From Candidatus Anderseniibacteriota bacterium (GTDB lineage: Bacteria; Patescibacteriota; Andersenbacteria; UBA10190), in the NCBI GenBank assembly GCA_016197005.1, contig JACPWO010000002.1:79851-143850 (forward strand): DNA of 64,000 nucleotides. The letters are read 5' to 3'. Both the position numbers and the translations under genes were made by a program. The notes beneath the pieces were generated by a model. That model had not been told where the DNA came from and ran no database searches. It worked only from the letters and a program-made list of their open reading frames with translations. Shown one piece after another: positions 35,382-43,933 of the stretch (positions are counted from its first letter, which is position 1; every line of letters begins with the position of its first letter).

Positions 35382-37054
35382 ATATTGATCCGCTCGAGCG
35401 ACTTTAACTTCTCCTGAATCTTTTCTTCCTGCCCCCTGCGAGCAAAGTCATAATTACCCATGTTCACCCGCATATGTTCAGTAATAAGTGGATAAACTTT
35501 TTCTAAGAGCTTAAATTTGTCCTGTTCAATCTTGCGGTAATCTGGGTGCCCTTCAGGAATAGTACGTAACTCCATTTCCCAAAAACATTCCCGTAGATTC
35601 TTGTATTGCATAAACCGTACTCGGTGGGCCATTGCTACCGCATATTGAGCTAGTATACGATCTTTCTTCGCAATTTTTACATACACCTTTTCTACTTTCT
35701 CAATCGCTTTGCGGTAGGGCTTATCAAATCCAGAGTCCTTGAGTTCAATTGGTGTATCGTAACCATGTTCAACGGTAAATACCTGTCGTTGTTGAGATAA
35801 CATTCGATGACGGTGCAAGTCTCGCCAAGCGCCAATATTCATGGAGATATCAAAACGTACGAATGCGTTTTCAAAAGCACGGCCGACTTTTTGCCACCGT
35901 TGAGTACGACCATCCAAGTAAGCAGTAATAATATTACGCTTTTTGCCATCTGACATACCACGAACCGCAGTCATATTTTCTTCCCAACTTCCATTATTAT
36001 TTGGTGCTGAATACAGCATTCCGGCAATAATCTTTTCTTCACCTTCCGAATCGTACTCCACAAGTTTTACTGCTTCACTGGTAGCGGTGTTAGCCAGCTC
36101 TGCTTCTTCAACAAATTCAGCGACCCGATCACCACGACCAGCCATATATTCTTGGTAGGCGCGGGCATTTTCTTGTCCGTCTTTGTCTTTTAAGCGACGC
36201 AAGAATGATGGCGTAATCTTGTAGAGTTCATCAACTGTTTCTTGAGCAGCCCAGCGAATCTCTCCAAGCGAATGTCTGAGCGAGCGAGCGGCTAAGTATT
36301 CAAACGCTTGCCCGTTACCAAAAAATGCAACCTGTGAAAGAGTGGACACTGGTAGTAAGCCACGCAAAGTATCAAAAGCTTTCTTTTCAACCACCCCTGC
36401 CTTTTCTTGAGGAAACTTTTTCTGCAGCCACGCCTGGAGTTTCGGTAGAAGACTAATATAAGTCTTAAACAGACTATCCATTGCTGCTCGGTATTCTTTT
36501 TCTAGCCCCATCTGTTTAAGAGAGGGGTCTGTGTAGTACATATACCCACCATCTATTTTTCGGGAGAAGTCTACGTACCGAGTTGATTTCTCTATTGGTG
36601 CTAGGCCAATGCGCTGATCTTCAAAGTGTTTGATAGCTACCTGAGAGATACCAGAATACACCACATGCATACCAGCCATTTGCGCAATGGAGTCGTCACC
36701 ATATTGTGCGAGCCATTTGGCGTAGAAACTGCGAGCCCGAGGATTAGAAAAAATATCCTGGATGGGATGTTTCTTTAAGAAATCTATAAATGCTTGGAGA
36801 TGATCACCATACTCAGATTTGTCATCCAAAAACGGTTTAATATATTCCTTGAGGAAAATGGGGCGGAGGTCTTCGGCAGCACGGCTAGTCCGGGAACACA
36901 GAGCGCCAATAACTTCAGGAGAGAAAATAAGCGGGGCATATACTGGTTTATCAAGGTTTGTGAAAAAAAGCTGGAGGTTCTTTTTGTCTTTCGACGAGTA
37001 TGAATCCTTCTCAAAAGGAGGAGCAAAATCATCATGAGAAAGCTTTTTTGGCAT
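35378..37054 (-). CDS. thyX: ThyX-like flavin-dependent thymidylate synthase, long form with two Thy1-like halves
   Basis: - The C-terminal half carries LHRHRMLSQQRQ, which resembles the ThyX RHR...S motif.
- The N-terminal half has a degenerate version, SGISQ...DQRIG...STRYV.
- No ThyA signature is present.
- It overlaps folA by 4 nt. Confidence 0.45.
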   Translation of the reverse strand: MPKKLSHDDFAPPFEKDSYSSKDKKNLQLFFTNLDKPVYAPLIFSPEVIGALCSRTSRAAEDLRPIFLKEYIKPFLDDKSEYGDHLQAFIDFLKKHPIQDIFSNPRARSFYAKWLAQYGDDSIAQMAGMHVVYSGISQVAIKHFEDQRIGLAPIEKSTRYVDFSRKIDGGYMYYTDPSLKQMGLEKEYRAAMDSLFKTYISLLPKLQAWLQKKFPQEKAGVVEKKAFDTLRGLLPVSTLSQVAFFGNGQAFEYLAARSLRHSLGEIRWAAQETVDELYKITPSFLRRLKDKDGQENARAYQEYMAGRGDRVAEFVEEAELANTATSEAVKLVEYDSEGEEKIIAGMLYSAPNNNGSWEENMTAVRGMSDGKKRNIITAYLDGRTQRWQKVGRAFENAFVRFDISMNIGAWRDLHRHRMLSQQRQVFTVEHGYDTPIELKDSGFDKPYRKAIEKVEKVYVKIAKKDRILAQYAVAMAHRVRFMQYKNLRECFWEMELRTIPEGHPDYRKIEQDKFKLLEKVYPLITEHMRVNMGNYDFARRGQEEKIQEKLKSLERINI

Positions 37055-37176
37055 CTATAAATCATGTCATGCAAGCGAAGGAAATGGTACTTGACAAAAT
37101 TAGACAATGTAGTATTTTGCTTGAATACCGCAGTTTGCGGTGAGGTTCTCTTTACACCCCTAGCTGGAGGGCGATC

Positions 37177-37563
37177 ATGAGTCTCGATGTTGGAGAAGAT
37201 AGAGCATGTGAGCGTAATTGTCCTCCAAGCATGCATCCTGCGGTTACAAAGGAGGAGGAAATTCCTATTCTCCTTGTGACAACCAGGCGGAGTTGTCTGC
37301 TGCTCCCCATTGTGGAGGACATCATTCGAGTGATGCGGGACGATGGGCCTCTCGAGGTTCAAGATTCCGACATCTCTCAAGCGAGAGCACTCCTTTTGAC
37401 CCGTCTCGAAAAGCTTCGAAAAGAAAGGCAGCACACCCTCGAGAACAACGGTATTATCGCTGATGGTTTTCTCCGTCTCGAGTTTGATTTTCGAGAAGAG
37501 GGTGACTATCGGCGCGCCGATCAAGTTCGAAGCCTTTTCTTGCTCCTCATGGGGACGAAGTAA
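37177..37563 (+). CDS. hypothetical small protein (128 aa)
   Basis: RBS GGAGGG 6 nt upstream of the ATG at 37177. The C-terminal half is predicted helical. No homology recognised. Confidence 0.35.
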   Translation: MSLDVGEDRACERNCPPSMHPAVTKEEEIPILLVTTRRSCLLLPIVEDIIRVMRDDGPLEVQDSDISQARALLLTRLEKLRKERQHTLENNGIIADGFLRLEFDFREEGDYRRADQVRSLFLLLMGTK

Positions 37564-37585
37564 TCAGTCGGTAGGAAAAATTTAG

Positions 37586-37626
37586 CGCTTGGTTTCACAA
37601 AAAACTGAGCGCCTTTTCTTTTTTTA
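37586..37626 (+). terminator. weak terminator-like hairpin plus T-tract
   Basis: GCGCT...AGCGC with a large loop, followed by CTTTTCTTTTTTT. Confidence 0.25.
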
Positions 37627-37644
37627 CAAAAGATCGCACACTAG

Positions 37645-38910
37645 GTGGTTATGGCTGTCCCGCATGTGGAATATTTATACAGTTTAAACCGCTACGAAAT
37701 TAAGCCGGGACTTGAACGCATGAATGCACTGATGAAAGCACTTCGTCATCCAGAAAAGAAATTTAAGAGTATTCATATTTCCGGAACAAACGGAAAAGGG
37801 TCGGTGGCGGCAATGGTAGAGTCGGTACTACGAACGAGTGGGCTTAAAACAGGTTTATACACGAGTCCCGATATCTATTCATTTAATGAACGCATTCAAG
37901 TAGCTGGTGAGCCCATCTCTGACGAGAAATTAGGTGAAATAGTGTGGCGTCTCAGGGAAATCGCTGATCGAGAAGAAATTCCAGCAACCTTTTTTGAAAT
38001 TGGAACAGCCGCCGCCTACATATATTTTGCTGAGCAAGAAGTAGATGTAGCAGTCATAGAAGTGGGTATGGGCGGACTGCTTGATGCAACGAATGTCATC
38101 ACTCCCGTAGTATCCGTTATTACCAACATTGGATTAGATCACCAAGAATTTTTAGGAGACACCAAAGAGAAAATAGCGACAGAAAAGGCGGGCATTATTA
38201 AGCCGGGTATTCCTTTTGTTACCGGTGAAAATGATCCAACAATTCTAAAAATTCTTTTAGATACAGCTACAAAAAATAACGCGCCCACTGTAGAAGCACG
38301 GAAAGATAATGAAATAGAAGTCGTGGACAATTCCTGGGAAGGGCAAAACGTGAAAGTGTCAGGTTCCTGGAAAGGGGAACTGTCGCTTCCCCTACTCGGA
38401 GAGCATCAGGTAGAAAATCTAAAGGTCGCCCTCGCAACTCTTACTGCCCTTCAATCCACGTTTAAGAAGCTGTCGTTTGAAAAGATACAAAATGGAATTG
38501 CTGCTACTCGATGGGCAGGTCGTTTAGATGTTATTAGTAAAAATCCTCTCATCCTAGTTGATGGTGCTCATAACGCTGACGGCGTGGGAGCATTGATTAC
38601 TTTCATGCAGAACGTTCCGCGCAAAGAAGTGTTGGTGCTGGGGGTAAAAAGGGGAAGAGATATGACTGCCTTTTTGCCACTTGCTTCTATGTTTCAACAT
38701 GTCATTGTCACGAAAGGAAATTTTATGCCGGAGGATCCCAGTATCATAGCCGCCGCACTAGATGGTCATCCATCTATTAGTATGTGTAGTGATGTACCGC
38801 GAGCACTCCGTCTGGCTGTGCAGAAAGCTGGCACCGGTACTACCTTAATTGCCGGATCGTTGTATCTCGTTGCTGATGCACTAGCTGTACTTCGTAGGCG
38901 AACGGTATAA
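37645..38910 (+). CDS. folC: folylpolyglutamate synthase / dihydrofolate synthase
   Basis: Mur-ligase P-loop HISGTNGKGS; 421 aa; FolC-type C-terminal domain. Confidence 0.85.
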   Translation: MVMAVPHVEYLYSLNRYEIKPGLERMNALMKALRHPEKKFKSIHISGTNGKGSVAAMVESVLRTSGLKTGLYTSPDIYSFNERIQVAGEPISDEKLGEIVWRLREIADREEIPATFFEIGTAAAYIYFAEQEVDVAVIEVGMGGLLDATNVITPVVSVITNIGLDHQEFLGDTKEKIATEKAGIIKPGIPFVTGENDPTILKILLDTATKNNAPTVEARKDNEIEVVDNSWEGQNVKVSGSWKGELSLPLLGEHQVENLKVALATLTALQSTFKKLSFEKIQNGIAATRWAGRLDVISKNPLILVDGAHNADGVGALITFMQNVPRKEVLVLGVKRGRDMTAFLPLASMFQHVIVTKGNFMPEDPSIIAAALDGHPSISMCSDVPRALRLAVQKAGTGTTLIAGSLYLVADALAVLRRRTV

Positions 38911-39020
38911 TTGAATCACTTATGTTTGAGCCAATCGCTTGGCAAACCTCAATCGAGAGGGGGTTATACATCATCAAAAATATTTTAATTATTGCCTTGG
39001 CTGTTGTTCTGAACGCGCGG

Positions 39021-39854
39021 TTACAGCCCTTGAGATTTAATCAGCGCTAAGCCTCCTAATAAGCCACCTTCTTCTCCAAGTACTGGAGGAACAAATTCGG
39101 GTAGTTGGGGGTAGATAGAAATCATATCTCGAACTTTCTGCTTTACTGTTTCCAGTTTCAGACTTTTCATAATAGAGCCGCCGATAATAACAATATCTGG
39201 TGACCAGAAGACTATTACGTTATTAAGACCACAAGCCAGGTTATACGCTTCTTTATCCCATATCTTTGGGTCTTTAATATTCTCGGGAGGGGTGCCGTGA
39301 ATCTTGAGGAGAGAAGCACCACCAGCTACTGCTTCGAGGTGACCAATACTTCCACAGGCGCACGTCGCACCGGTAGAGTCAATGACCTGGTGTCCTGGTT
39401 CAAAACCCATGGCGTTGGCATCTACTTTTTGATCCACGACGCGACAACCACCAATACCGGTACTGACTGTAATATAGACAACAATGCGATGTCCTTTACC
39501 GGCTCCTGCCATTGCTTCGCCCAAGCAGATGACTGCAGTGTCATTTTCTAAATAGACAGGTGCATGCAGAAGCTGTTGTAAGTCATCTCGTAAATTCTTA
39601 CCACGCCAACCTGGTAAATTTGGGGCGTTTAAAATCTGATTCTTTTCTTTATCCATTGTTCCAGGAATACCACCAGCTGCGGCTACAATTTGCTCACCAC
39701 CGGTAAGTTCCAGAGCTGCTTTCTTAAACTCTTGTAGCGCTTTGGCGTAGTCGTTCGTCTGTGTTTTTAAGAAGACTGTCTTCTCAATTGTTTGTCCGTC
39801 TCGAGATAGTCCCAATCGTGTTTTGGTACCGCCGGTATCAAACGCTAAATACAT
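39021..39854 (-). CDS. ROK-family sugar kinase (glucokinase-like)
   Basis: N-terminal ATPase motif LAFDTGGTKTRLGL; ROK zinc motif CACGSIGHLEAVAGG. It has no N-terminal HTH, so I call it a kinase rather than a repressor. Confidence 0.75.
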   Translation of the reverse strand: MYLAFDTGGTKTRLGLSRDGQTIEKTVFLKTQTNDYAKALQEFKKAALELTGGEQIVAAAGGIPGTMDKEKNQILNAPNLPGWRGKNLRDDLQQLLHAPVYLENDTAVICLGEAMAGAGKGHRIVVYITVSTGIGGCRVVDQKVDANAMGFEPGHQVIDSTGATCACGSIGHLEAVAGGASLLKIHGTPPENIKDPKIWDKEAYNLACGLNNVIVFWSPDIVIIGGSIMKSLKLETVKQKVRDMISIYPQLPEFVPPVLGEEGGLLGGLALIKSQGL

Positions 39855-39912
39855 AGAGTTAATAGGTCGTAAAGGATAAATTTTATATACCGTATGATGG
39901 TATCATAACTGT

Positions 39913-40374
39913 ATGCGGAAGGTATTCACCTTAGCGATTGTTGTCAAGGACGGGAAAATTCTCCTGGGAAAAAAGCAAAAGAAGCACGGAGCTGGCTTCT
40001 GGAACGGCTTTGGGGGAGGGGTGGAGGCCGGCGAGACTATTAAAGAGGCCGCTATTCGTGAATGTCAGGAAGAAGCTGAAATTACGCCGACAGATATGGA
40101 AAAAAGTGGAGAGATTACCTTTATCTATCCGGACGCGCCCTTGAATGCCCGCGAGCATGAAGTGCATATCTTTACAGTGAGGACATTTACTGGCACGCCC
40201 GCCTCTACCTCGGAAATGCAGGAGCCGACGTGGTTTGCGCCAGAAGAAATCCCCTATAACTCTATGTGGCCAGATGATAAACAGTGGCTCCCGCTTCTTC
40301 TTCAAGGCAAACAATTTAGTGGCTACTTCAGATTCAATGAGGCCAAGGAAATTGTGGATTGGCAGCTGCAATAG
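39913..40374 (+). CDS. NUDIX hydrolase (MutT/NudB-like)
   Basis: Nudix box GGGVEAGETIKEAAIRECQEEAEI. Confidence 0.85.
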   Translation: MRKVFTLAIVVKDGKILLGKKQKKHGAGFWNGFGGGVEAGETIKEAAIRECQEEAEITPTDMEKSGEITFIYPDAPLNAREHEVHIFTVRTFTGTPASTSEMQEPTWFAPEEIPYNSMWPDDKQWLPLLLQGKQFSGYFRFNEAKEIVDWQLQ

Positions 40375-40427
40375 AGGGAAAAATACGCTATTGTGCAAAC
40401 ATATATCCTTCGCCATAATGCAAAGAT

Positions 40428-40673
40428 ATGAAAAATGTAACTATTTACACAACTCCTTCATGTGGCTGGTGCCGAACCACTAAGGATTATTTTAAAGAGC
40501 ACAATATTCAGTACAACGAAATTAATGTTGCTGCTGATGCCGCTGCTCGTGGCGAGATGATTCAAAAATCCGGCCAGATGGGGGTTCCAGTTATAGATAT
40601 TGAAGGTGAGATCGTTGTTGGTTACAACCAACCAAGATTAGCACGTTTACTCGAAATTTCTGAGCCCGCTTAA
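40428..40673 (+). CDS. glutaredoxin-like small redox protein
   Basis: 81 aa with VTIYTTPSCGWCRTTKDYF (CxxC near the N-terminus) and a Grx/NrdH-like fold. Its stop codon is immediately followed by the ATG of the DsbA-like gene. Confidence 0.65.
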   Translation: MKNVTIYTTPSCGWCRTTKDYFKEHNIQYNEINVAADAAARGEMIQKSGQMGVPVIDIEGEIVVGYNQPRLARLLEISEPA

Positions 40674-41408
40674 ATGGAAGAACAACCTCAGTTTAAAAAG
40701 GAAAAGTTTACCGCTCCAATGGCAGTCGTTGTGGCCGGTGCGTTAATTGCAGCTGCATTATATTTCCGACCAGCTGGAAGTCCGACAGGGGTACAACCAG
40801 GAGCAGAAGCCCCTTCTCACTTAACTGAAGAAAAACTCATTGAACATGCGGAAGCAGCTGGTGTCCCAGACGTTGACGCGTTTCAAACGTGTCTAGAAGA
40901 CAAGCAATATGACGGGGAAATAGATGCGGATTTAGCTGATGCTGCCGCGGCCGGAGGAACGGGCACACCATATACAATTTTAATTGGACCAAATGGTGAA
41001 AAAGTCCCAATAGGAGGAGCCCTCCCTTATGAGGCGGTAAAAGCGGAAATAGATAACCTGCTGGCTGGTAAAACCCCGGTTGCTCCGGCTAATCCCAGTC
41101 CGACGCCAGAGATAACCTTTAGAGTAATTGATGATACCGATCACGCTCGTGGACCAGCCGGTGCTCGGATTACGATGCTTGAATACTCAGATATTGAATG
41201 TCCGTACTGTCAGCAATTCCATCCGACGCTCGAACGAGTAATGGAGGAATATCCGAACGATGTCCGTTGGGTATACCGCCATTTCCCACTGGAACAAATT
41301 CATCCACATGCTCGGGAAGCAGCTAATGCTACGGAATGTGCTGCTGTTCAGGGGAAATTCTGGGAACTAACTGACTACCTGTTTACCGAAGCAATTAAAA
41401 AAGGATAA
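40674..41408 (+). CDS. DsbA-like thiol:disulfide oxidoreductase, membrane-anchored
   Basis: N-terminal TM; CxxC site DIECPYCQQFHP; conserved RHFPL as in the other DsbA-like protein. Confidence 0.75.
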   Translation: MEEQPQFKKEKFTAPMAVVVAGALIAAALYFRPAGSPTGVQPGAEAPSHLTEEKLIEHAEAAGVPDVDAFQTCLEDKQYDGEIDADLADAAAAGGTGTPYTILIGPNGEKVPIGGALPYEAVKAEIDNLLAGKTPVAPANPSPTPEITFRVIDDTDHARGPAGARITMLEYSDIECPYCQQFHPTLERVMEEYPNDVRWVYRHFPLEQIHPHAREAANATECAAVQGKFWELTDYLFTEAIKKG

Positions 41409-41444
41409 ATAAAAAAAATCCACCGGCAGGTTTTTGCAGGTGGA
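41407..41444 (-). terminator. rho-independent terminator for the minus-strand operon
   Basis: TCCACC...GGTGGA hairpin with an A12 run on the plus strand, which is a U-tract on the minus-strand transcript. Located 10 nt past the FHA gene stop. Confidence 0.45.
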
Positions 41445-41453
41445 ATGGAACGG

Positions 41454-41846
41454 TCAGCTGGGTTGTACCAAAGTGAGGATGTGCAAGTCACCAAGGCCGA
41501 TTGTGGCGCCAGCGCCAACACACTTGATCTCACCCGGCTTCAATGCGTTGCCGTTTACTGACGTTCCGTTTCGGCTGCCAGCATCGCTAATCGAAACGGA
41601 GCCGTCCGCATGGACCGATAGGGTGCAGTGGCGTCGCGATACGTCGCCATATGGAATTTTGATACTGCCCTCTCTTCCCACGACGTAATCACCGGGTGCA
41701 AGATTGTACCCTTCTTGGAGATTAGTCTGAAGGCGTATCACTGGCGCATCGGCCCTCATCGTCAAGTCACTTTCGGTACCAAGGGTACCATCGAGCTTTT
41801 CCAGGTCGGGCGTCATGGCAACCCCCCAAAAGAGTGAACGAACCAA
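41454..41846 (-). CDS. FHA-domain protein
   Basis: FHA signature VVGREGSIKIPYGDVSRRHCTLSVHADGSVSISDAGSRNGTSVNGNAL. Confidence 0.8.
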   Translation of the reverse strand: MVRSLFWGVAMTPDLEKLDGTLGTESDLTMRADAPVIRLQTNLQEGYNLAPGDYVVGREGSIKIPYGDVSRRHCTLSVHADGSVSISDAGSRNGTSVNGNALKPGEIKCVGAGATIGLGDLHILTLVQPS

Positions 41847-41879
41847 GGTTCTACCTGTCGCTACCTTTTCACAAATTCG

Positions 41880-42626
41880 TTATAAAGTCAAGCGTTTAAA
41901 GATGCGCTCGGGGATGAGTTTGATAATCAGCATGATGTAGCGCCAAAACCAAGGCGTGTACGTGACATCTCTTTTCTTATGTATGGCGTGAACAATATCT
42001 CGCGCGACATCCTCCGGTTTTGCCCAGAGCAGACCCTTTTTAAAGTCAGCAGTCATGGGTGTATCTACTTGCCCTGGCTTAATTGTCACTATGTGAATAT
42101 GTGGATGCTCTTTTACGAGTCTGTTGCGTAGTCCAGATAGCCATGACGTAAGAGCTGCTTTTGCGGTGCCGTAAATATAATTACTTTGGCGACCGCGATC
42201 ACCAGCTACTGATGAGATGACGGCAATCGTTGTTGGTGAAGTTGCCTTTTTAATACTGAGATCGTTAATGATTTCGGTTAAGAGTGAGGCCACGCTTATG
42301 AAGTTTGTTGTCAGTTCCTGCCTTGCCACTGCAAAGTCTTTTTCGCCCGCTTTTTGGTTGCCCAATGTGCCGTACGCAACCAAATAAATGGCAACGGGAG
42401 TGGTGTGAATTTGTTGCACTATATCTTCATGTTTTTCTAAGAGAGAGAGATCAGTAGTAATAGTTTTAACGTCAGTTGCGCCCCGCGTGCGGAGATCTTC
42501 AGCTACGATTTTGAGTCGATCTACACTGCGATCAATTAAAACGAATCGTGGCTTCTCCTCTGCCCACAGACGAGCTGATGCTTGAGCAATAGCTGAGGCG
42601 GCGCCAAAAACGACAATCGTTTTCAT
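41880..42626 (-). CDS. SDR oxidoreductase, DprE2-like (decaprenylphospho-2-keto-ribose reductase homologue)
   Basis: Glycine-rich motif VFGAASAIAQ, catalytic YGTAKAA, about 248 aa. Its ATG overlaps the TGA of the upstream DprE1-like gene (ATGA). Confidence 0.65.
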   Translation of the reverse strand: MKTIVVFGAASAIAQASARLWAEEKPRFVLIDRSVDRLKIVAEDLRTRGATDVKTITTDLSLLEKHEDIVQQIHTTPVAIYLVAYGTLGNQKAGEKDFAVARQELTTNFISVASLLTEIINDLSIKKATSPTTIAVISSVAGDRGRQSNYIYGTAKAALTSWLSGLRNRLVKEHPHIHIVTIKPGQVDTPMTADFKKGLLWAKPEDVARDIVHAIHKKRDVTYTPWFWRYIMLIIKLIPERIFKRLTL

Positions 42627-43933
42627 GTATTCTTTGTAACACGCTTCCAAAAACTGGAGGAGAAGGCTGGGTCAATATATTTTTTAAACTCAGCTGCCTC
42701 AGGGTAGGAGTGACGGAACATGGCCGGCGACATGTGTGCGTCCTTAGCGGGGTACAGACTACCCCCTGCTTTCAAAACAACGTCGTCTAGTTTCTGAAAA
42801 AGGTTCAGCAATTTTTCACCAGCATGCGGAAAATCCATGGCTAGTGTAAACCCCGGACGGGGAAAGGACAGGAGAGCGGGCGTATTCTTTTTTCCAAGCG
42901 GTTTTAGGGTAGTTATGGGTGAGGCAAAGCCGGCCGCAGCTACTTCTTGTAATATTGTATGCAATGTTTCACCACTTTTTTCAGTCGTAACTTGGCACTG
43001 GTATTGGAGGAATCCATTGCGACCATACAATCGGTTCCAATAACCAATGGCGTCTTGAGGGTAGAAAAATGGCTCATAGTGGGTAACGTATTTCTTTTTT
43101 GTAACGATCTGTCGATAAAAATACAGTGTATTAAAGATTTTTATTGTGAAGGAATTAAGCAGTGAGACTGGTAGTGTTATCGGAACAGTAAATTTTGGTG
43201 GCCGATAATATTTTTTCTCTTGCGAATTATCTCTTTCTTCTTCTGGTAGGTGATTTCCGCGTAAGACAATACCACGTCCTGTTTTCCGGCCGCGTGCCGA
43301 TGAATCAAGTGAGGCAATAACGTATTCGAAAGCAGGAAGAGAGGCAGTTAGAAGTTCAATTGTTTGAGTAAGATCCTCTGTCTTTGTTGCTTCGGCCGCA
43401 AGAAGCCTACTCGGTGCTTTCTTAAGTTGTATTTCAGCCCAGGTAATAAGTCCGGTGAGACCGAGGCCACCAATCGTCGCCTTAAAGAGTTCTGTATTTT
43501 GCTGAGAAGAACATGTAATACGTCCATTAGAACGCAGAAGTTCAAATTGAGTAACATACGCTCCAAAACTGCCGGCTCGATGGTGATTCTTTCCATGAAC
43601 GTCGTTGGCAATAGCTCCGCCGAGGGAAACAAATTTTGTTCCGGGAGTGACGGGTAAGAACCATCCTTTGGGAGTAATAAATTTCAGTATTTCACCAAGA
43701 CTTACACCAGCTTCGCATCGCAGGAGTCCTGTTTCTGGGTTAAATGAGATGAAATGATTCAAGAAGCGAGTAGAAATTGATGTGCCGTCTTCATTGAGGG
43801 CCACGTCCCCATAGCTGCGACCCATACCAAATGCCAGAAGGGGCCGACTAGTTGGTAAGTCGTCTGTTCGCCATAATAACGGGTGCACGCTTTGGTTGGG
43901 TGGTAAATAATTTCCCCACGATGAATTGCTCAT
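42623..43933 (-). CDS. FAD-dependent oxidase, DprE1 homologue (decaprenylphosphoryl-beta-D-ribose 2'-oxidase family)
   Basis: Several blocks match M. tuberculosis DprE1 nearly exactly as I remember it: GMGRSYGDVAL, LGGAIANDVHGKNHH, GYWNRLYGRNGFLQYQ, LSFPRPGF. Confidence 0.85.
   Translation of the reverse strand: MSNSSWGNYLPPNQSVHPLLWRTDDLPTSRPLLAFGMGRSYGDVALNEDGTSISTRFLNHFISFNPETGLLRCEAGVSLGEILKFITPKGWFLPVTPGTKFVSLGGAIANDVHGKNHHRAGSFGAYVTQFELLRSNGRITCSSQQNTELFKATIGGLGLTGLITWAEIQLKKAPSRLLAAEATKTEDLTQTIELLTASLPAFEYVIASLDSSARGRKTGRGIVLRGNHLPEEERDNSQEKKYYRPPKFTVPITLPVSLLNSFTIKIFNTLYFYRQIVTKKKYVTHYEPFFYPQDAIGYWNRLYGRNGFLQYQCQVTTEKSGETLHTILQEVAAAGFASPITTLKPLGKKNTPALLSFPRPGFTLAMDFPHAGEKLLNLFQKLDDVVLKAGGSLYPAKDAHMSPAMFRHSYPEAAEFKKYIDPAFSSSFWKRVTKNT

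Noticed and set aside
37177-37563. Interpreting the GC-richer spacer as a structured RNA gene (RNase P, tmRNA, SRP or 6S).
   Set aside because: I could not find the conserved P4, GGUUCGA T-loop-like, or SRP domain IV sequences. An SD-led ORF is present instead. I left it as an open question in findings.
38932-39054. A 40-aa hydrophobic ORF (MFEPIAWQTSIERGLYIIKNILIIALAVVLNARLQPLRFNQR) between folC and the ROK gene.
   Set aside because: It has no RBS, it overlaps the ROK gene's 3' end, and it has no conservation I can assess. It is likely spurious.
39887-39901. The inverted repeat TATGAT-GGT-ATCATA just upstream of the NUDIX gene, considered as an operator for the divergent ROK gene.
   Set aside because: The ROK protein here lacks an N-terminal HTH, so it is a kinase and not a repressor. 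The 6-bp arms are too short to be convincing alone.
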